Source: a bacterium (GTDB lineage: Bacteria; Bacteroidota; Bacteroidia; NS11-12g; UBA955). Taken from it: a stretch of 64,000 nucleotides of DNA. Position 1 is the stretch's first letter, and every line of letters begins with the position of its first letter. The stretch is from NCBI GenBank assembly GCA_029945665.1, contig JAQSCZ010000120.1, forward strand, positions 1,618-65,617, given 5' to 3'. A program made the position numbers and the translations under genes. The notes under the pieces were generated by a model. The model worked only from the letters and a program-made list of their open reading frames with translations. It was not told where the DNA came from and ran no database searches. Shown here piece by piece: positions 28,666-38,664 of the stretch.

Positions 28666-31089
28666 ATGAAAAAATTCTTATTCCTTTTAATTCTTGTGAA
28701 TTTCGGAACATTGCATTCCCAACCATGCTCTACCAGGACATATTCACCAACTTGGGATTGGAGAGAAGATATTCCTTCTCCTCATAAATATAACACTTAT
28801 ATAAGAAAAAATTTAGTGTCAAACCAAGTTGATTTACCCTCTCCATTTTACGATGGAACAAACAGTAATACCTTGTTATTTGCATTAGAAAATATTAAAG
28901 ATTATCAACCTGAAAATGGTTGGGTTGTAATTACTGCAGGTCTTGGTAAATGCTCAACACCAGGGAATTGTTCGTACGCAGAGGCAGTTGACCATCCTTA
29001 TTTTATACTTTATAATAAGTATACCTCAGTACTTAGGATATTTGCTAATATAATAGATCCTCAACAAAATTATCAATCTGCCTTTATTTCTGTAAACTTT
29101 TATGACCCTCAAAATAATATTGGACATTATGAGTCAGCACTTTTAAATCAACACAAACCAATTTCGGAACCATTAGACAATTTTGTAAAATTAGTGGAAA
29201 TGCAAGCTATAAATTTTTATAATAATACTGAATCATTTTGGTTATATGCTGATTTTCCTGTTGCATACGATCCATGTACATGCAAGGATATGCCAATAAT
29301 TCAATTTAAAATTAGCTTAAAATCAGTTGGCACGATTTCGTTAAACCTTAATACTGTAACCACTCAATTAGTTGACAATAGTGGCTTTCTAAATCCAAGT
29401 TTGGATTTTAAATCTATTATTTCCTATGTTGCTGGAATTGGAGAAGCAGGAGCTAAATCATTAACCAATACACAAAATGCAATTGATAATTTTGATAAGA
29501 CTATATCTACAATGATTCCGAGTCTACACAGCAAAATGGATGCTGATAAAGCTGTTTTTCTGCAACTTTTAGCATTGGTACCCAAGGTTGGTGCAATGGT
29601 TGGAGTTTTCGATTATTTTGCATCTGGCGGTAAGGAAAATGATAAAGAAAATATAAAACCAATAGTCTATGAAACAAAAGGCGCATTAAGTGGCAATATT
29701 TCTTATACGTCTATTTTTTCAACTCCAACTATAACTTTACCCGGATCGAATAATAGTAATATTCAGAATAATACTTTAGTGCCAGAATATAACAACATAT
29801 TGGGTGTATTCAACCTAATAGAATCACCTATTTTAGAAAGAATATCATATAAGTTATGTACAAATTGTGGTTCAGCGGGTAATTTCTCAATACCTCCAAT
29901 TATAACTGAATATAAAGTAAAAGAAGACCTAAAATATGTTCTAAACCCTGCATCAGATTTAGAGATAATAAATTTTGATGTTGCAGTTATTATGGAATAT
30001 GAAGGTTCAACCCCTCCAGTAAATTTTGATCCGTATGGCATAGCATCGATGGGAAGACCAATTGAATTTGGACCACCATCATTTCCTATAACCCCATACG
30101 ATCAACGAATAACAGAAACAACTGGCTTAGAAATTGAATATTGGGATCAAACATATCCTGCAATAGGCAAAAAGGTAAGATTAAGAACACCATACATACC
30201 TGTTGGCTGTTTTCCAAATCAATCCTTTGTATTAGAAGATGGGCAGCCCCCTAAATTTTATTGCAAAATTATACTTCGCTTAAGAAGGAAAGATTGGGCT
30301 GTCACAAATGCACAAGATTTGACATACGTATTCACATATCCATTTAAACAAGAAAATTCAACAACCTATAATAATGAGGAAGCAAATGTATATATACTTG
30401 GGCAGGATGTAAATAATCCAAAGTTTTTTGTTACTGGATTTAAGTCAGGTTTTAATATTAATAATCTTGCTTTCATGCCTGTTAATGGATTAACTTTACC
30501 AAAAGTAGTTCATATTTTTCCGTCATATTCATTTACACCTAATTCTGAAATTTTAGCTAAAGATGAAATATATATCCATAATGGAGTTATTGTGCCAAAT
30601 AATCTTAATATAAAATTTAGAGCAAATAAGTTAATTGATGTAGAACCATTAGTTGACTTGGGGTATGGAACAGAATTATTAATGGGATTAAGCGATTGTT
30701 ATGATAGGACAGTCGCAGAACAAACCAATGTAGAGATTTCCAATTTTTGTCGTGACCAACTTAAATATAAAAATTTTATCGCTTCTGGACCAGTAATGGA
30801 TCCAACTCTAAATATAAACAATACTGAATTCTTGCTTGAATTCAAGATTTTTCCAAATCCAAATTCATCAGATATTTTAAATTTGCAATTTGAATCGTTA
30901 TCAGATTACAATGTTTTTGTCGCAGTAAGTGATATTTCAGGTTCAGTAATTAAAAAAATGGATTTAGGTATGCGTCACCAGGGACCAAATAAAATTCAAA
31001 TAAATACAGAAGATTTACCCCCTGGAGTTTATTTAATTGCTTTTGAAGCAAATGGTTATTTGGCTTATAAAAAATTTATTAAACTTTAA
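28666..31089 (+). CDS. 807-aa T9SS-secreted protein of unknown function
   Basis: Signal peptide; C-terminal IFPNP...LPPGVYLI...KKFIKL type A CTD. Confidence 0.85.
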   Translation: MKKFLFLLILVNFGTLHSQPCSTRTYSPTWDWREDIPSPHKYNTYIRKNLVSNQVDLPSPFYDGTNSNTLLFALENIKDYQPENGWVVITAGLGKCSTPGNCSYAEAVDHPYFILYNKYTSVLRIFANIIDPQQNYQSAFISVNFYDPQNNIGHYESALLNQHKPISEPLDNFVKLVEMQAINFYNNTESFWLYADFPVAYDPCTCKDMPIIQFKISLKSVGTISLNLNTVTTQLVDNSGFLNPSLDFKSIISYVAGIGEAGAKSLTNTQNAIDNFDKTISTMIPSLHSKMDADKAVFLQLLALVPKVGAMVGVFDYFASGGKENDKENIKPIVYETKGALSGNISYTSIFSTPTITLPGSNNSNIQNNTLVPEYNNILGVFNLIESPILERISYKLCTNCGSAGNFSIPPIITEYKVKEDLKYVLNPASDLEIINFDVAVIMEYEGSTPPVNFDPYGIASMGRPIEFGPPSFPITPYDQRITETTGLEIEYWDQTYPAIGKKVRLRTPYIPVGCFPNQSFVLEDGQPPKFYCKIILRLRRKDWAVTNAQDLTYVFTYPFKQENSTTYNNEEANVYILGQDVNNPKFFVTGFKSGFNINNLAFMPVNGLTLPKVVHIFPSYSFTPNSEILAKDEIYIHNGVIVPNNLNIKFRANKLIDVEPLVDLGYGTELLMGLSDCYDRTVAEQTNVEISNFCRDQLKYKNFIASGPVMDPTLNINNTEFLLEFKIFPNPNSSDILNLQFESLSDYNVFVAVSDISGSVIKKMDLGMRHQGPNKIQINTEDLPPGVYLIAFEANGYLAYKKFIKL

Positions 31090-31090
31090 C

Positions 31091-31129
31091 AAAAAAGAAG
31101 CCCTCAAGATTTTTGAGGGCTTCTTTTTT
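31091..31129 (+). terminator. Intrinsic terminator
   Basis: AAAAAAGAAGCCCTCAA-gattt-TTGAGGGCTTCTTTTTT. Confidence 0.9.
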
Positions 31130-31234
31130 AACAAACTCATACTTATTTAAAATAGTATTAGTATAAGTTATTAGAATTTAGATTATGCTGAGTTTATAAT
31201 TTTATCAAGTTAATTCAAAATATTTTTCTTTTAT

Positions 31235-31948
31235 TTGTTAGCAATACCGTATTTATTGTCAAACCCCTCAATTATGAAAGCACCACTTTTTGTTTTTATC
31301 CTATTTTTTGGAAGCGCTGTATTTGCCCAACGCATTACCAATATCTTTGTGGATTTGGGCATGAACCACAGTGGTATTATTTACACCAACAACATATTTA
31401 CAGACATCGATAGAAAAGATTTCAAGACCAATTTTAATCCCAATTTTTCAGGCAGTGCAGGTATCGAACTCCAATTAAATAAGAAATTCAATTTAATCAC
31501 TGGCCTTGGCTATAGAACGACTGGTACTCTGTTTAAACTGCCAGAAACTACAGTGCTACAACCCGATGGCACAGGAAGATTGATTGATACTTACTATCAT
31601 TTTAACCAGGTAACCCTTCCACTTTTATTAGGCTATAATTTTTTCGAAAAATTTAAATTAAAACCAATTTTAGGATTAGTAAATAACTACAATGTTTCAA
31701 TTAATGCAAAAACGGAGAATTATAAAGGCAGTGATATTGAAAAATACTATAATAAATACTCACTTAATGGCTTGGTAGGACTTATGTTTTACAATGAACA
31801 ATTATTCAATTCTAAATTAGGGCTTGGCATGAAAATAAGTTATGAAAAAAATCTGATGGACATTGATAATAATGACAATTCAACAACCAATCAAAATATT
31901 GTTTCTGCAAGTGTCCTTTTTTCTTATAAACTTCTGAATAAAGATTAA
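31235..31948 (+). CDS. Outer-membrane beta-barrel protein (likely start 31274)
   Basis: Signal peptide MKAPLFVFILFFGSAVFAQ; TLPLLLGY; terminal FSYKL strand. Confidence 0.75.
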   Translation: MLAIPYLLSNPSIMKAPLFVFILFFGSAVFAQRITNIFVDLGMNHSGIIYTNNIFTDIDRKDFKTNFNPNFSGSAGIELQLNKKFNLITGLGYRTTGTLFKLPETTVLQPDGTGRLIDTYYHFNQVTLPLLLGYNFFEKFKLKPILGLVNNYNVSINAKTENYKGSDIEKYYNKYSLNGLVGLMFYNEQLFNSKLGLGMKISYEKNLMDIDNNDNSTTNQNIVSASVLFSYKLLNKD

Positions 31949-32018
31949 TTCATCTATGAGCCTAACATTGTTATTATATACACTTACTTTATACTATAAA
32001 AATTTAGGATAACAAATA

Positions 32019-32819
32019 ATGCTTACTAAAAAATTTATATGTTATATAATCATTCTTTTAATTGCAATTTCTTGTAAAAAAAAGCAGAATGCTAATTGCC
32101 CTACAAATATTGACCTTAGTGCTAATTTCACTATTCAACAAGATTTGGGTTTTACAGATTTGGATAAAATTGATAGGTATACTGAATTAAATAATGATAC
32201 TGTTTATTTAATAAAATATCTTCATCCAGATAGTACCATTGAATTTCAAGATATCAGGCTTAGATTTAGAACATCTGAGACAAATAAAAAGTGCGAGTGG
32301 ACAATTAGTGGTGATCCTACAATTAGAAAAGGATATGATATAGAAGTTGACTTTTCAGGTGTATTTGGTACACTTCAAGCTACATGCACTAAAGAATTTG
32401 ATCCATGGAAAGAATGTTTCCCTGATTTAACTGGATTTGATACAGTCAAGCGAAATTTTCATTTCGTTGTAAAAGAAAATCCTTCCTTTTTTGGTCAATA
32501 TTTTGGATATAATGAGGATAATCCGAGTGATACCTTTACTATCGTAATTGGATTTTTTAATGAACAAGGACACCCTGATAATGATATTATTTCTATTGGC
32601 AACTTTCCTAAATCATTTAAATATTATCAAACTGGTTTACGCTTTAGTTACTCAGAATTTTACTTTAGAAATTTTTCAGATGGTAGCGCAAAATTTGCAC
32701 ACGGTTACACTAGTAAAAATGGGAAAGAAATAGTGATAGATTATATCCATAATAATATTAATAGTGACAATACAATTACATATGTTAATCGAAAATTTGT
32801 TGGTAAAAAAATAAAATGA
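32019..32819 (+). CDS. Lipoprotein, copy 2
   Basis: Lipobox IAIS-C; protein identical to copy 1 from CPTNIDL onward. Confidence 0.8.
   Translation: MLTKKFICYIIILLIAISCKKKQNANCPTNIDLSANFTIQQDLGFTDLDKIDRYTELNNDTVYLIKYLHPDSTIEFQDIRLRFRTSETNKKCEWTISGDPTIRKGYDIEVDFSGVFGTLQATCTKEFDPWKECFPDLTGFDTVKRNFHFVVKENPSFFGQYFGYNEDNPSDTFTIVIGFFNEQGHPDNDIISIGNFPKSFKYYQTGLRFSYSEFYFRNFSDGSAKFAHGYTSKNGKEIVIDYIHNNINSDNTITYVNRKFVGKKIK
32133..32817 (+). repeat. 685-bp direct repeat, copy 2
   Basis: Identical by eye to 27972-28656. Confidence 0.92.
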
Positions 32820-33889
32820 ATAAATACTTAGTTTTAGTGAGATTCCTTTTATCTCAACTATTGTTTACCTCTTTTTTTACAAATAGCCATGCTCAAAATT
32901 GGATACCCCACACCTTTAGCGAATTTGATAACAAGGTGGGCTATATCGATTCTCTGACTGGCGAAACCAAAGTTTTTTGGCATTTTGATAGTGCTAAGGC
33001 ATTTAAATATGGTTTAGCAACCGCATGTTACCAAGGTAAATGGGGTTGTTTCAATACAAAAGGAGAGATCATTATACCATTTGCCTTTAGCTCGCTCGAA
33101 TTAATTAGCGATAGCAGTGCCGAGGTAGATTACCATAATTGGGATAACGAAGTTTATTTTTACAAAGGGAAATACAAAGCAATGCTTCTTACCCTAGATA
33201 CTTCAATCAAATACAATTACACCTATACAAAACTGCAATTTATTTATGTTTCAAATAGTGCCTTTTCTTCCATTACATTTATAAATTCAGAAGCGAAACA
33301 AAAAGCTTTGCAAATACTAAAAGATGAAATAGTGTTGAATACCTTAAGAAAAAAAATATATCCTTCAGAAATGCGCGCATATACGTTTTGGAATTCCTTT
33401 CAAGTCTCTACCTTCTCATTTAAAAGTTCAGGCAATGGAAATGGAAATGGCATCGACCTAAAAACTGGCGTTTACTATCGCCAAAAATTTGTACTTTCTG
33501 GTTTTAATATCGGGTATCAAAGATCAAAGATAATCAACGACACTTTTAAATATATAACCCATCAGATCCCATTCCTATGGTCGAATTATTTTTTTCTAAA
33601 AAAGACACCTTTGGGAAATGCCCTATTTACCAAACTAGATTTGGGATGTATTCTTGGCACCTTCGATTTTAAAGAAAATAAAAAAACTGGCAATGCCTAT
33701 AAAAGTACCTCATCTCGCAATACGAGCGCACCAAATATTATAATGAATATTGGTTTCGGTTTTAAAATTGGTACAGATAATTCAAAATCAGGACTTATCT
33801 TCGAAACAGGATATAAATTTGCGCCTATTGTAATTGCCTATGGCACGTATATTAATCATGCCTATGTAAGTCTAGGTGTATTGCTTTAA
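32816..33889 (+). CDS. WG-repeat protein with a probable C-terminal beta-barrel
   Basis: KVGYID..G and GKWGCFNTKGEIIIPF WG repeats; amphipathic C-terminal strands. Confidence 0.7.
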   Translation: MNKYLVLVRFLLSQLLFTSFFTNSHAQNWIPHTFSEFDNKVGYIDSLTGETKVFWHFDSAKAFKYGLATACYQGKWGCFNTKGEIIIPFAFSSLELISDSSAEVDYHNWDNEVYFYKGKYKAMLLTLDTSIKYNYTYTKLQFIYVSNSAFSSITFINSEAKQKALQILKDEIVLNTLRKKIYPSEMRAYTFWNSFQVSTFSFKSSGNGNGNGIDLKTGVYYRQKFVLSGFNIGYQRSKIINDTFKYITHQIPFLWSNYFFLKKTPLGNALFTKLDLGCILGTFDFKENKKTGNAYKSTSSRNTSAPNIIMNIGFGFKIGTDNSKSGLIFETGYKFAPIVIAYGTYINHAYVSLGVLL

Positions 33890-33925
33890 TCTTTAAGATT
33901 CCTCTTTTTTCCTTAGGTTTGCGCC

Positions 33926-34675
33926 ATGATTGGTCTTTCGGCATTCTTTACAAAATACTTTGTGTGGGCGTTTCTATGGCGCTTAATTAAGAAAATTATC
34001 TTTTGGTTTTTTGCAAGTACCATTGGCATAGTATTAATTTACAAATGGGTGCCAGTGCCTGTTACATTTTTAATGTTACAGCGTTGTACAGAACAAAAAG
34101 CAGAAGGCGAATCTATGAAACTGCAAAAGGATTGGGTGCCATTAGATGAAATTTCACCTTACTTACAATTAGCAGTGGTGTGTGCCGAGGATCAGAATTA
34201 CTTAAAGCACAACGGCTTTAGTTATACGGCCATTGAAAAAGCGATGGCATACAATGAGAAGATGGAAGAAAAAGGCAGCGAGAAACGCAGAGGCGCCAGC
34301 ACCATCAGTCAACAAACAGCAAAGAATGTTTTCTTATGGCCTAGTCGCAGTTGGGTGCGCAAGGGTTTAGAAGTCTATTTTACTTTTTTAATTGAAACTT
34401 TGTGGAGTAAAGAACGCATTATGGAAGTGTATTTGAATGTCATAGAGCTGGGCAATGGAGTTTATGGTGCCGAGGCCGCTGCACAAAATTATTTACATAA
34501 AAGTGCTGCAAAGCTTAGTAGTTCCGAAGCTGCCTTAGTGGCGGTGGTATTGCCCAGTCCACGCAAATTTTCTATTGCCCACCCAAGTGCTTATACAAAA
34601 AAACGCCAAAGTTGGTGTTTGCAGCAAATGAAATACTGGGGCATGACACTAGAATATGACAAAAATGAAGAATAG
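33926..34675 (+). CDS. mtgA: Monofunctional peptidoglycan transglycosylase
   Basis: AEDQ..L.H.GF, RGASTISQQTAKN, RKGLE, IMEVYLN. Confidence 0.95.
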   Translation: MIGLSAFFTKYFVWAFLWRLIKKIIFWFFASTIGIVLIYKWVPVPVTFLMLQRCTEQKAEGESMKLQKDWVPLDEISPYLQLAVVCAEDQNYLKHNGFSYTAIEKAMAYNEKMEEKGSEKRRGASTISQQTAKNVFLWPSRSWVRKGLEVYFTFLIETLWSKERIMEVYLNVIELGNGVYGAEAAAQNYLHKSAAKLSSSEAALVAVVLPSPRKFSIAHPSAYTKKRQSWCLQQMKYWGMTLEYDKNEE

Positions 34676-34712
34676 GTTTTGAGCCCAATCTTTATTATTT
34701 TCGTCTGTATCA

Positions 34713-35366
34713 ATGGGTATTAAAAATATTCTTTTCATTCTTTTCTTCATTACTTTTTTCTCTTTGAAAGCAGAAAACGATTCGCTACCTTGGATTACCC
34801 TTAATATTAAAACCGGCCTTCCACTCTTCCTTTATCCAAATACTGAGAATATTCCAAATGCGAGCGTTTCACAGTCTATATTGCAAAACAGATCATATAT
34901 GATTGATTTTGGATTTAGGTTAAATAAAAAGAGTCAATTGTTTCTAGGAGGGCAAATATTAGGTAGAAGTTATGAGATAGTTAGTCATAATACAGGATAC
35001 GGTTTCGTTTCTAAGAATCATGGCACCAGCATACTGTCATTAGCATTAACTTATAGTTATTTATTTTATAATAAAAACAATTTAAAGTGCTTTATAATTC
35101 CAAGACTTTGGTTCTCACATATTGCAGAAGATATACAATACAAATACAACGATAGCATTCCACCGAATAATTATACGATAAGAGGAAGAATGGTGAATCC
35201 TACTGTGACTAGCACAATATCTCCTTCCTTCGGCTTTGGGTTAGAACGTAAACTTTTTATAAAGGAGTTATACTTTATGTTTCAAACAGAATATGTTTTC
35301 AGCCCCTATGGCCATCGTACAAGCCGACTGTGTTTGAATACGGGCTTAAGTTTTAAGATTTATTAA
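34713..35366 (+). CDS. Hypothetical outer-membrane beta-barrel protein
   Basis: Signal peptide; terminal NTGLSFKIY. Confidence 0.65.
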   Translation: MGIKNILFILFFITFFSLKAENDSLPWITLNIKTGLPLFLYPNTENIPNASVSQSILQNRSYMIDFGFRLNKKSQLFLGGQILGRSYEIVSHNTGYGFVSKNHGTSILSLALTYSYLFYNKNNLKCFIIPRLWFSHIAEDIQYKYNDSIPPNNYTIRGRMVNPTVTSTISPSFGFGLERKLFIKELYFMFQTEYVFSPYGHRTSRLCLNTGLSFKIY

Positions 35367-35374
35367 TCTTATTT

Positions 35375-35821
35375 TTGTTCAACATGAAACATTGTTATCT
35401 TTTTATTTTAATAATTGGCATTTGTCATTCATCAGGTGCTCAAATTGATACTTTCCATCAAAATAATTGGCGAAGAAGTTTATTAGATACACTTTCGTCT
35501 CTATCTCCAAATCAAAGAGATTCCTTTAAGCGTTATTTATTGAACACAGAAATCAAAGTAAATTACAAACTCTTTACCATTAATAAACACAAATTAATAA
35601 CGAATACTAAAAGTTTACATCCACTTATTTTGGAAACAAAGGAGATTTTTTTAGAAGTATTAGATCACCAAGGGAATCAACTTTGCAAACAATCTTTAAA
35701 TATTAATCTATCTAATGAATGCCTCCTTCCTGCCAATTATATGAATGGCATGCTCATCATCTTTTTTACATGGGGTGATTCTAAGAGCAATTTGAATTCA
35801 TTAATTTTAAGTTCTCAATGA
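35375..35821 (+). CDS. Hypothetical exported protein
   Basis: 148-aa ORF with a signal-like N-terminus (MKHCYLFILIIG...). Confidence 0.55.
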   Translation: MFNMKHCYLFILIIGICHSSGAQIDTFHQNNWRRSLLDTLSSLSPNQRDSFKRYLLNTEIKVNYKLFTINKHKLITNTKSLHPLILETKEIFLEVLDHQGNQLCKQSLNINLSNECLLPANYMNGMLIIFFTWGDSKSNLNSLILSSQ

Positions 35822-36031
35822 TTCAATTCAAATCTTTCGTATAAAACGTATTTCTAATCAACTGATTTATCTGATGTGAATCAAGAAGACCAGTTATTAG
35901 ACGAGAATCTTTATAAAACTGGCAGTTTGAGAAGGTGTTTTGACCCCTTTATAAAGAATTTCACCGTTAAGAGGTTTTGTTTAAATGTCGACCAAAGTTT
36001 TAGTTCTATTTATTGGTCAATCAAAAACCAC

Positions 36032-37237
36032 TTACCTATATATCACAATTATCTCTCGTTTTAAAACCCCCTCGCAATTGATTTCAAGTATGTAGTTACC
36101 ATTTATATAATCCTTTAAATCTAAAGTTAAATGGAAATCTCCTTGATTAAAATCTTTCGATTCCAAGCGTTTTCCAAATACGTCATAAAGTGCATAACCT
36201 ATTATTTCAGTAGTACTTTTAATATTTAGATACTCCGCAACTGGATTAGGATAAGTCTCAACACCAACTATAATTTTTCGATGAACTTTTAAATCCAAAC
36301 TATTATCCAATTTAAATATTGCCCCATCTTTCCCTGCAATAAAACCTATGTTCTTTGTTGGAAAATAAACACAATAATAACCATTGGTGTAATTCAATGA
36401 TGATGCCACCCAGTTCTTTCCTCCATCTGTCGTTTTCAAAATAGAATCCAATTGGTTAGAAGCTACCCAGCCATTCAGTGAATCCAGAAAATGAACACTA
36501 TACAGTGATTTTGTAAGTCCGCTTTTTTGTTTTACCCATGTAGCTCCGCCATCCATCGTCTTAAGAATCGTTCCATACTCTCCCACCGAATAGCCAATTT
36601 TATCATTTATAAAGTTAATACCGTATAGAGCCGGTCCAGCGGGTTCAGAATACATCGAATCCCATGTTACTCCGGCATTTGAAGTTGAAAATATCGTGCT
36701 ATTACCTCCGCAGGTGTAGCCATTCATTGGGTCCCTAAAATGCATATTTATGAAGTTCTTTGTACTTACCACTTGCTTGGTCCAAGTGTTACCGCTATCA
36801 TTGGTTTTCAAAATGATTCCATTTTGTCCGGATACAAACCCTGTTTTTTCGCTCGTAAAATAAATGCCACTTAAATAAGTTGAAATTCCAGTATTATAAG
36901 TAGTCCAATGGGCCCCATAATCCCTTGTTCTTTTGAGCAAACCATTTGTGCCGCATATCCACCCAGTATGCTTATCCGTAAAAAAAACACCAGTTAACTG
37001 ACCTGAATTAAGACCAGTATTAACCGCTAACCAATCCTCTCCACCTGTTACAGTGGCCACCATTGCACCATTATTACCAACCGCATAGCCATGTTCATTA
37101 TCGACAAAATGAATATTATTTAAAACTTCTAAAGTATTAGATGTTTGTTTAGTCCATTGTGCATTAGAGAAAAATGGCGATAAGAGGAGGAGGCAGATTA
37201 CAATTCTCATATTACAATGATAGGGTATATAAAACAA
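36032..37237 (-). CDS. YCF48/BNR-repeat beta-propeller protein with T9SS CTD
   Basis: Repeated G.ILKT.DGG.TW; C-terminal YPNPV...GNYIL. Confidence 0.88.
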   Translation of the reverse strand: MFYIPYHCNMRIVICLLLLSPFFSNAQWTKQTSNTLEVLNNIHFVDNEHGYAVGNNGAMVATVTGGEDWLAVNTGLNSGQLTGVFFTDKHTGWICGTNGLLKRTRDYGAHWTTYNTGISTYLSGIYFTSEKTGFVSGQNGIILKTNDSGNTWTKQVVSTKNFINMHFRDPMNGYTCGGNSTIFSTSNAGVTWDSMYSEPAGPALYGINFINDKIGYSVGEYGTILKTMDGGATWVKQKSGLTKSLYSVHFLDSLNGWVASNQLDSILKTTDGGKNWVASSLNYTNGYYCVYFPTKNIGFIAGKDGAIFKLDNSLDLKVHRKIIVGVETYPNPVAEYLNIKSTTEIIGYALYDVFGKRLESKDFNQGDFHLTLDLKDYINGNYILEINCEGVLKREIIVIYR

Positions 37238-37352
37238 TTTCTTAAGACCTTTTTTAACCCAATTATTTAAAATTTAAAAGCAATTCATCCTCATTTTCGT
37301 CCATTATAACCTACACCTAAATAATATTTGTTTGATAAACTAACTAAAATCT

Positions 37353-37360
37353 TAAATTTG
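37353..37360 (+). promoter_or_regulatory. Bacteroidota -7 promoter element for gdhA-psd
   Basis: TAAATTTG followed by CAG. Confidence 0.6.
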
Positions 37361-37401
37361 CAGCCTTTTATAACTAAAAAATAACCCAATTTATTCATAC
37401 A

Positions 37402-38664
37402 ATGAGTAACGAAACCATCCACAGTAATTTGAATCCATTGGATTCCATGATGAAACGCTTCGATGAAGCCGCAAAAATTATAGGTCTTGATGATTCAGCC
37501 TACAATACTCTAAAATATCCTGCGAAAATTATTACCGTGCATTTGCCGGTTATTATGGACAATGGCAAAGTGCAAGTGTTCGAAGGTCACCGTGTACAAC
37601 ACAGTACCACACTTGGACCTTCAAAAGGAGGTATCCGTTATTCAATGGATGTTTCATTAGATGAAGTAAAAGCATTAGCTGCTTGGATGACATGGAAAAC
37701 TGCTGTTGTAGGTATTCCTTACGGTGGTGGTAAAGGTGGTATTAAATGCGACCCTAAATCAATGAGCAAAGGTGAACTTGAACGTTTAACCAGAGCCTAC
37801 GCTGCCTCTATGAGCGATGTTTTTGGACCCGATAAAGATATTCCTGCTCCGGATATGAATACCGGTCAGCAAGAAATGGCTTGGATTGTAGATGAATATT
37901 CTAAAATCAAAGGTCAATATACACCTGCTGTAATTACAGGTAAACCCATTTCAATGGGCGGTTCTTTAGGAAGAGTTGAAGCAACCGGTAGAGGTGTTAT
38001 GGTATGTACCCGTTCTGCTTTAGCTAAAATGGGCTTGAAACCAGAAGAGTGCACCTGTGTTGTTCAAGGTTTTGGAAATGTTGGTTCTATCTCTGCTAAA
38101 TTAATTGAAATGTTGGGCGTAAAAATCGTTGGAATCTCTGATGTTACCGGTGGTTATTACAATGTCAATGGTATTAAAGTTGAAGAAGCAATGGCTTATA
38201 CCAAAGCGAATGGCAACTTAGGTGGATTCACAGGTGGCGAAAAAATAAACAATGCGCAATTGTTAGAATTACCATGTGATATCTTAGTACCTGCTGCTAT
38301 GGAAGATCAAATTACTGATGCCAATGCGGGAAATATCAAAGCTAAATTAATTGTTGAAGGTGCTAACGGACCTACAAGCGCTAATGCCGATAAAATTTTA
38401 AATGATAAAGGTATCATTGTAGTGCCAGATATTTTAGCAAATGCTGGTGGGGTGACTGTATCATACTTCGAGTGGGTGCAAAACAGAATGGGTTATTTCT
38501 GGACCGAAGAGCGTGTCAACAGACGTGCTGATAGGGTTATGAAAATGGCATTCGACAATGTATTTGAAACTGGCACGACCCATAAATGTAGTCTGAGAAT
38601 GGCTGCTTATGTGGTTGCAATTGATAAAGTAGCGACCACTCAAAAATTTAGAGGCGTATTCTAA
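37402..38664 (+). CDS. gdhA: Glutamate dehydrogenase (Glu/Leu/Phe/Val family)
   Basis: GPSKGGIRY, GGGKGG, PAPDMNT, VQGFGNVG, EGANGP. Confidence 0.93.
   Translation: MSNETIHSNLNPLDSMMKRFDEAAKIIGLDDSAYNTLKYPAKIITVHLPVIMDNGKVQVFEGHRVQHSTTLGPSKGGIRYSMDVSLDEVKALAAWMTWKTAVVGIPYGGGKGGIKCDPKSMSKGELERLTRAYAASMSDVFGPDKDIPAPDMNTGQQEMAWIVDEYSKIKGQYTPAVITGKPISMGGSLGRVEATGRGVMVCTRSALAKMGLKPEECTCVVQGFGNVGSISAKLIEMLGVKIVGISDVTGGYYNVNGIKVEEAMAYTKANGNLGGFTGGEKINNAQLLELPCDILVPAAMEDQITDANAGNIKAKLIVEGANGPTSANADKILNDKGIIVVPDILANAGGVTVSYFEWVQNRMGYFWTEERVNRRADRVMKMAFDNVFETGTTHKCSLRMAAYVVAIDKVATTQKFRGVF

Noticed and set aside
27972-32817. Diversity-generating retroelement template/variable repeat pair, or a composite transposon
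   Set aside because: No adenine-specific mismatches, no reverse transcriptase or transposase, and the repeat is a lipoprotein coding region
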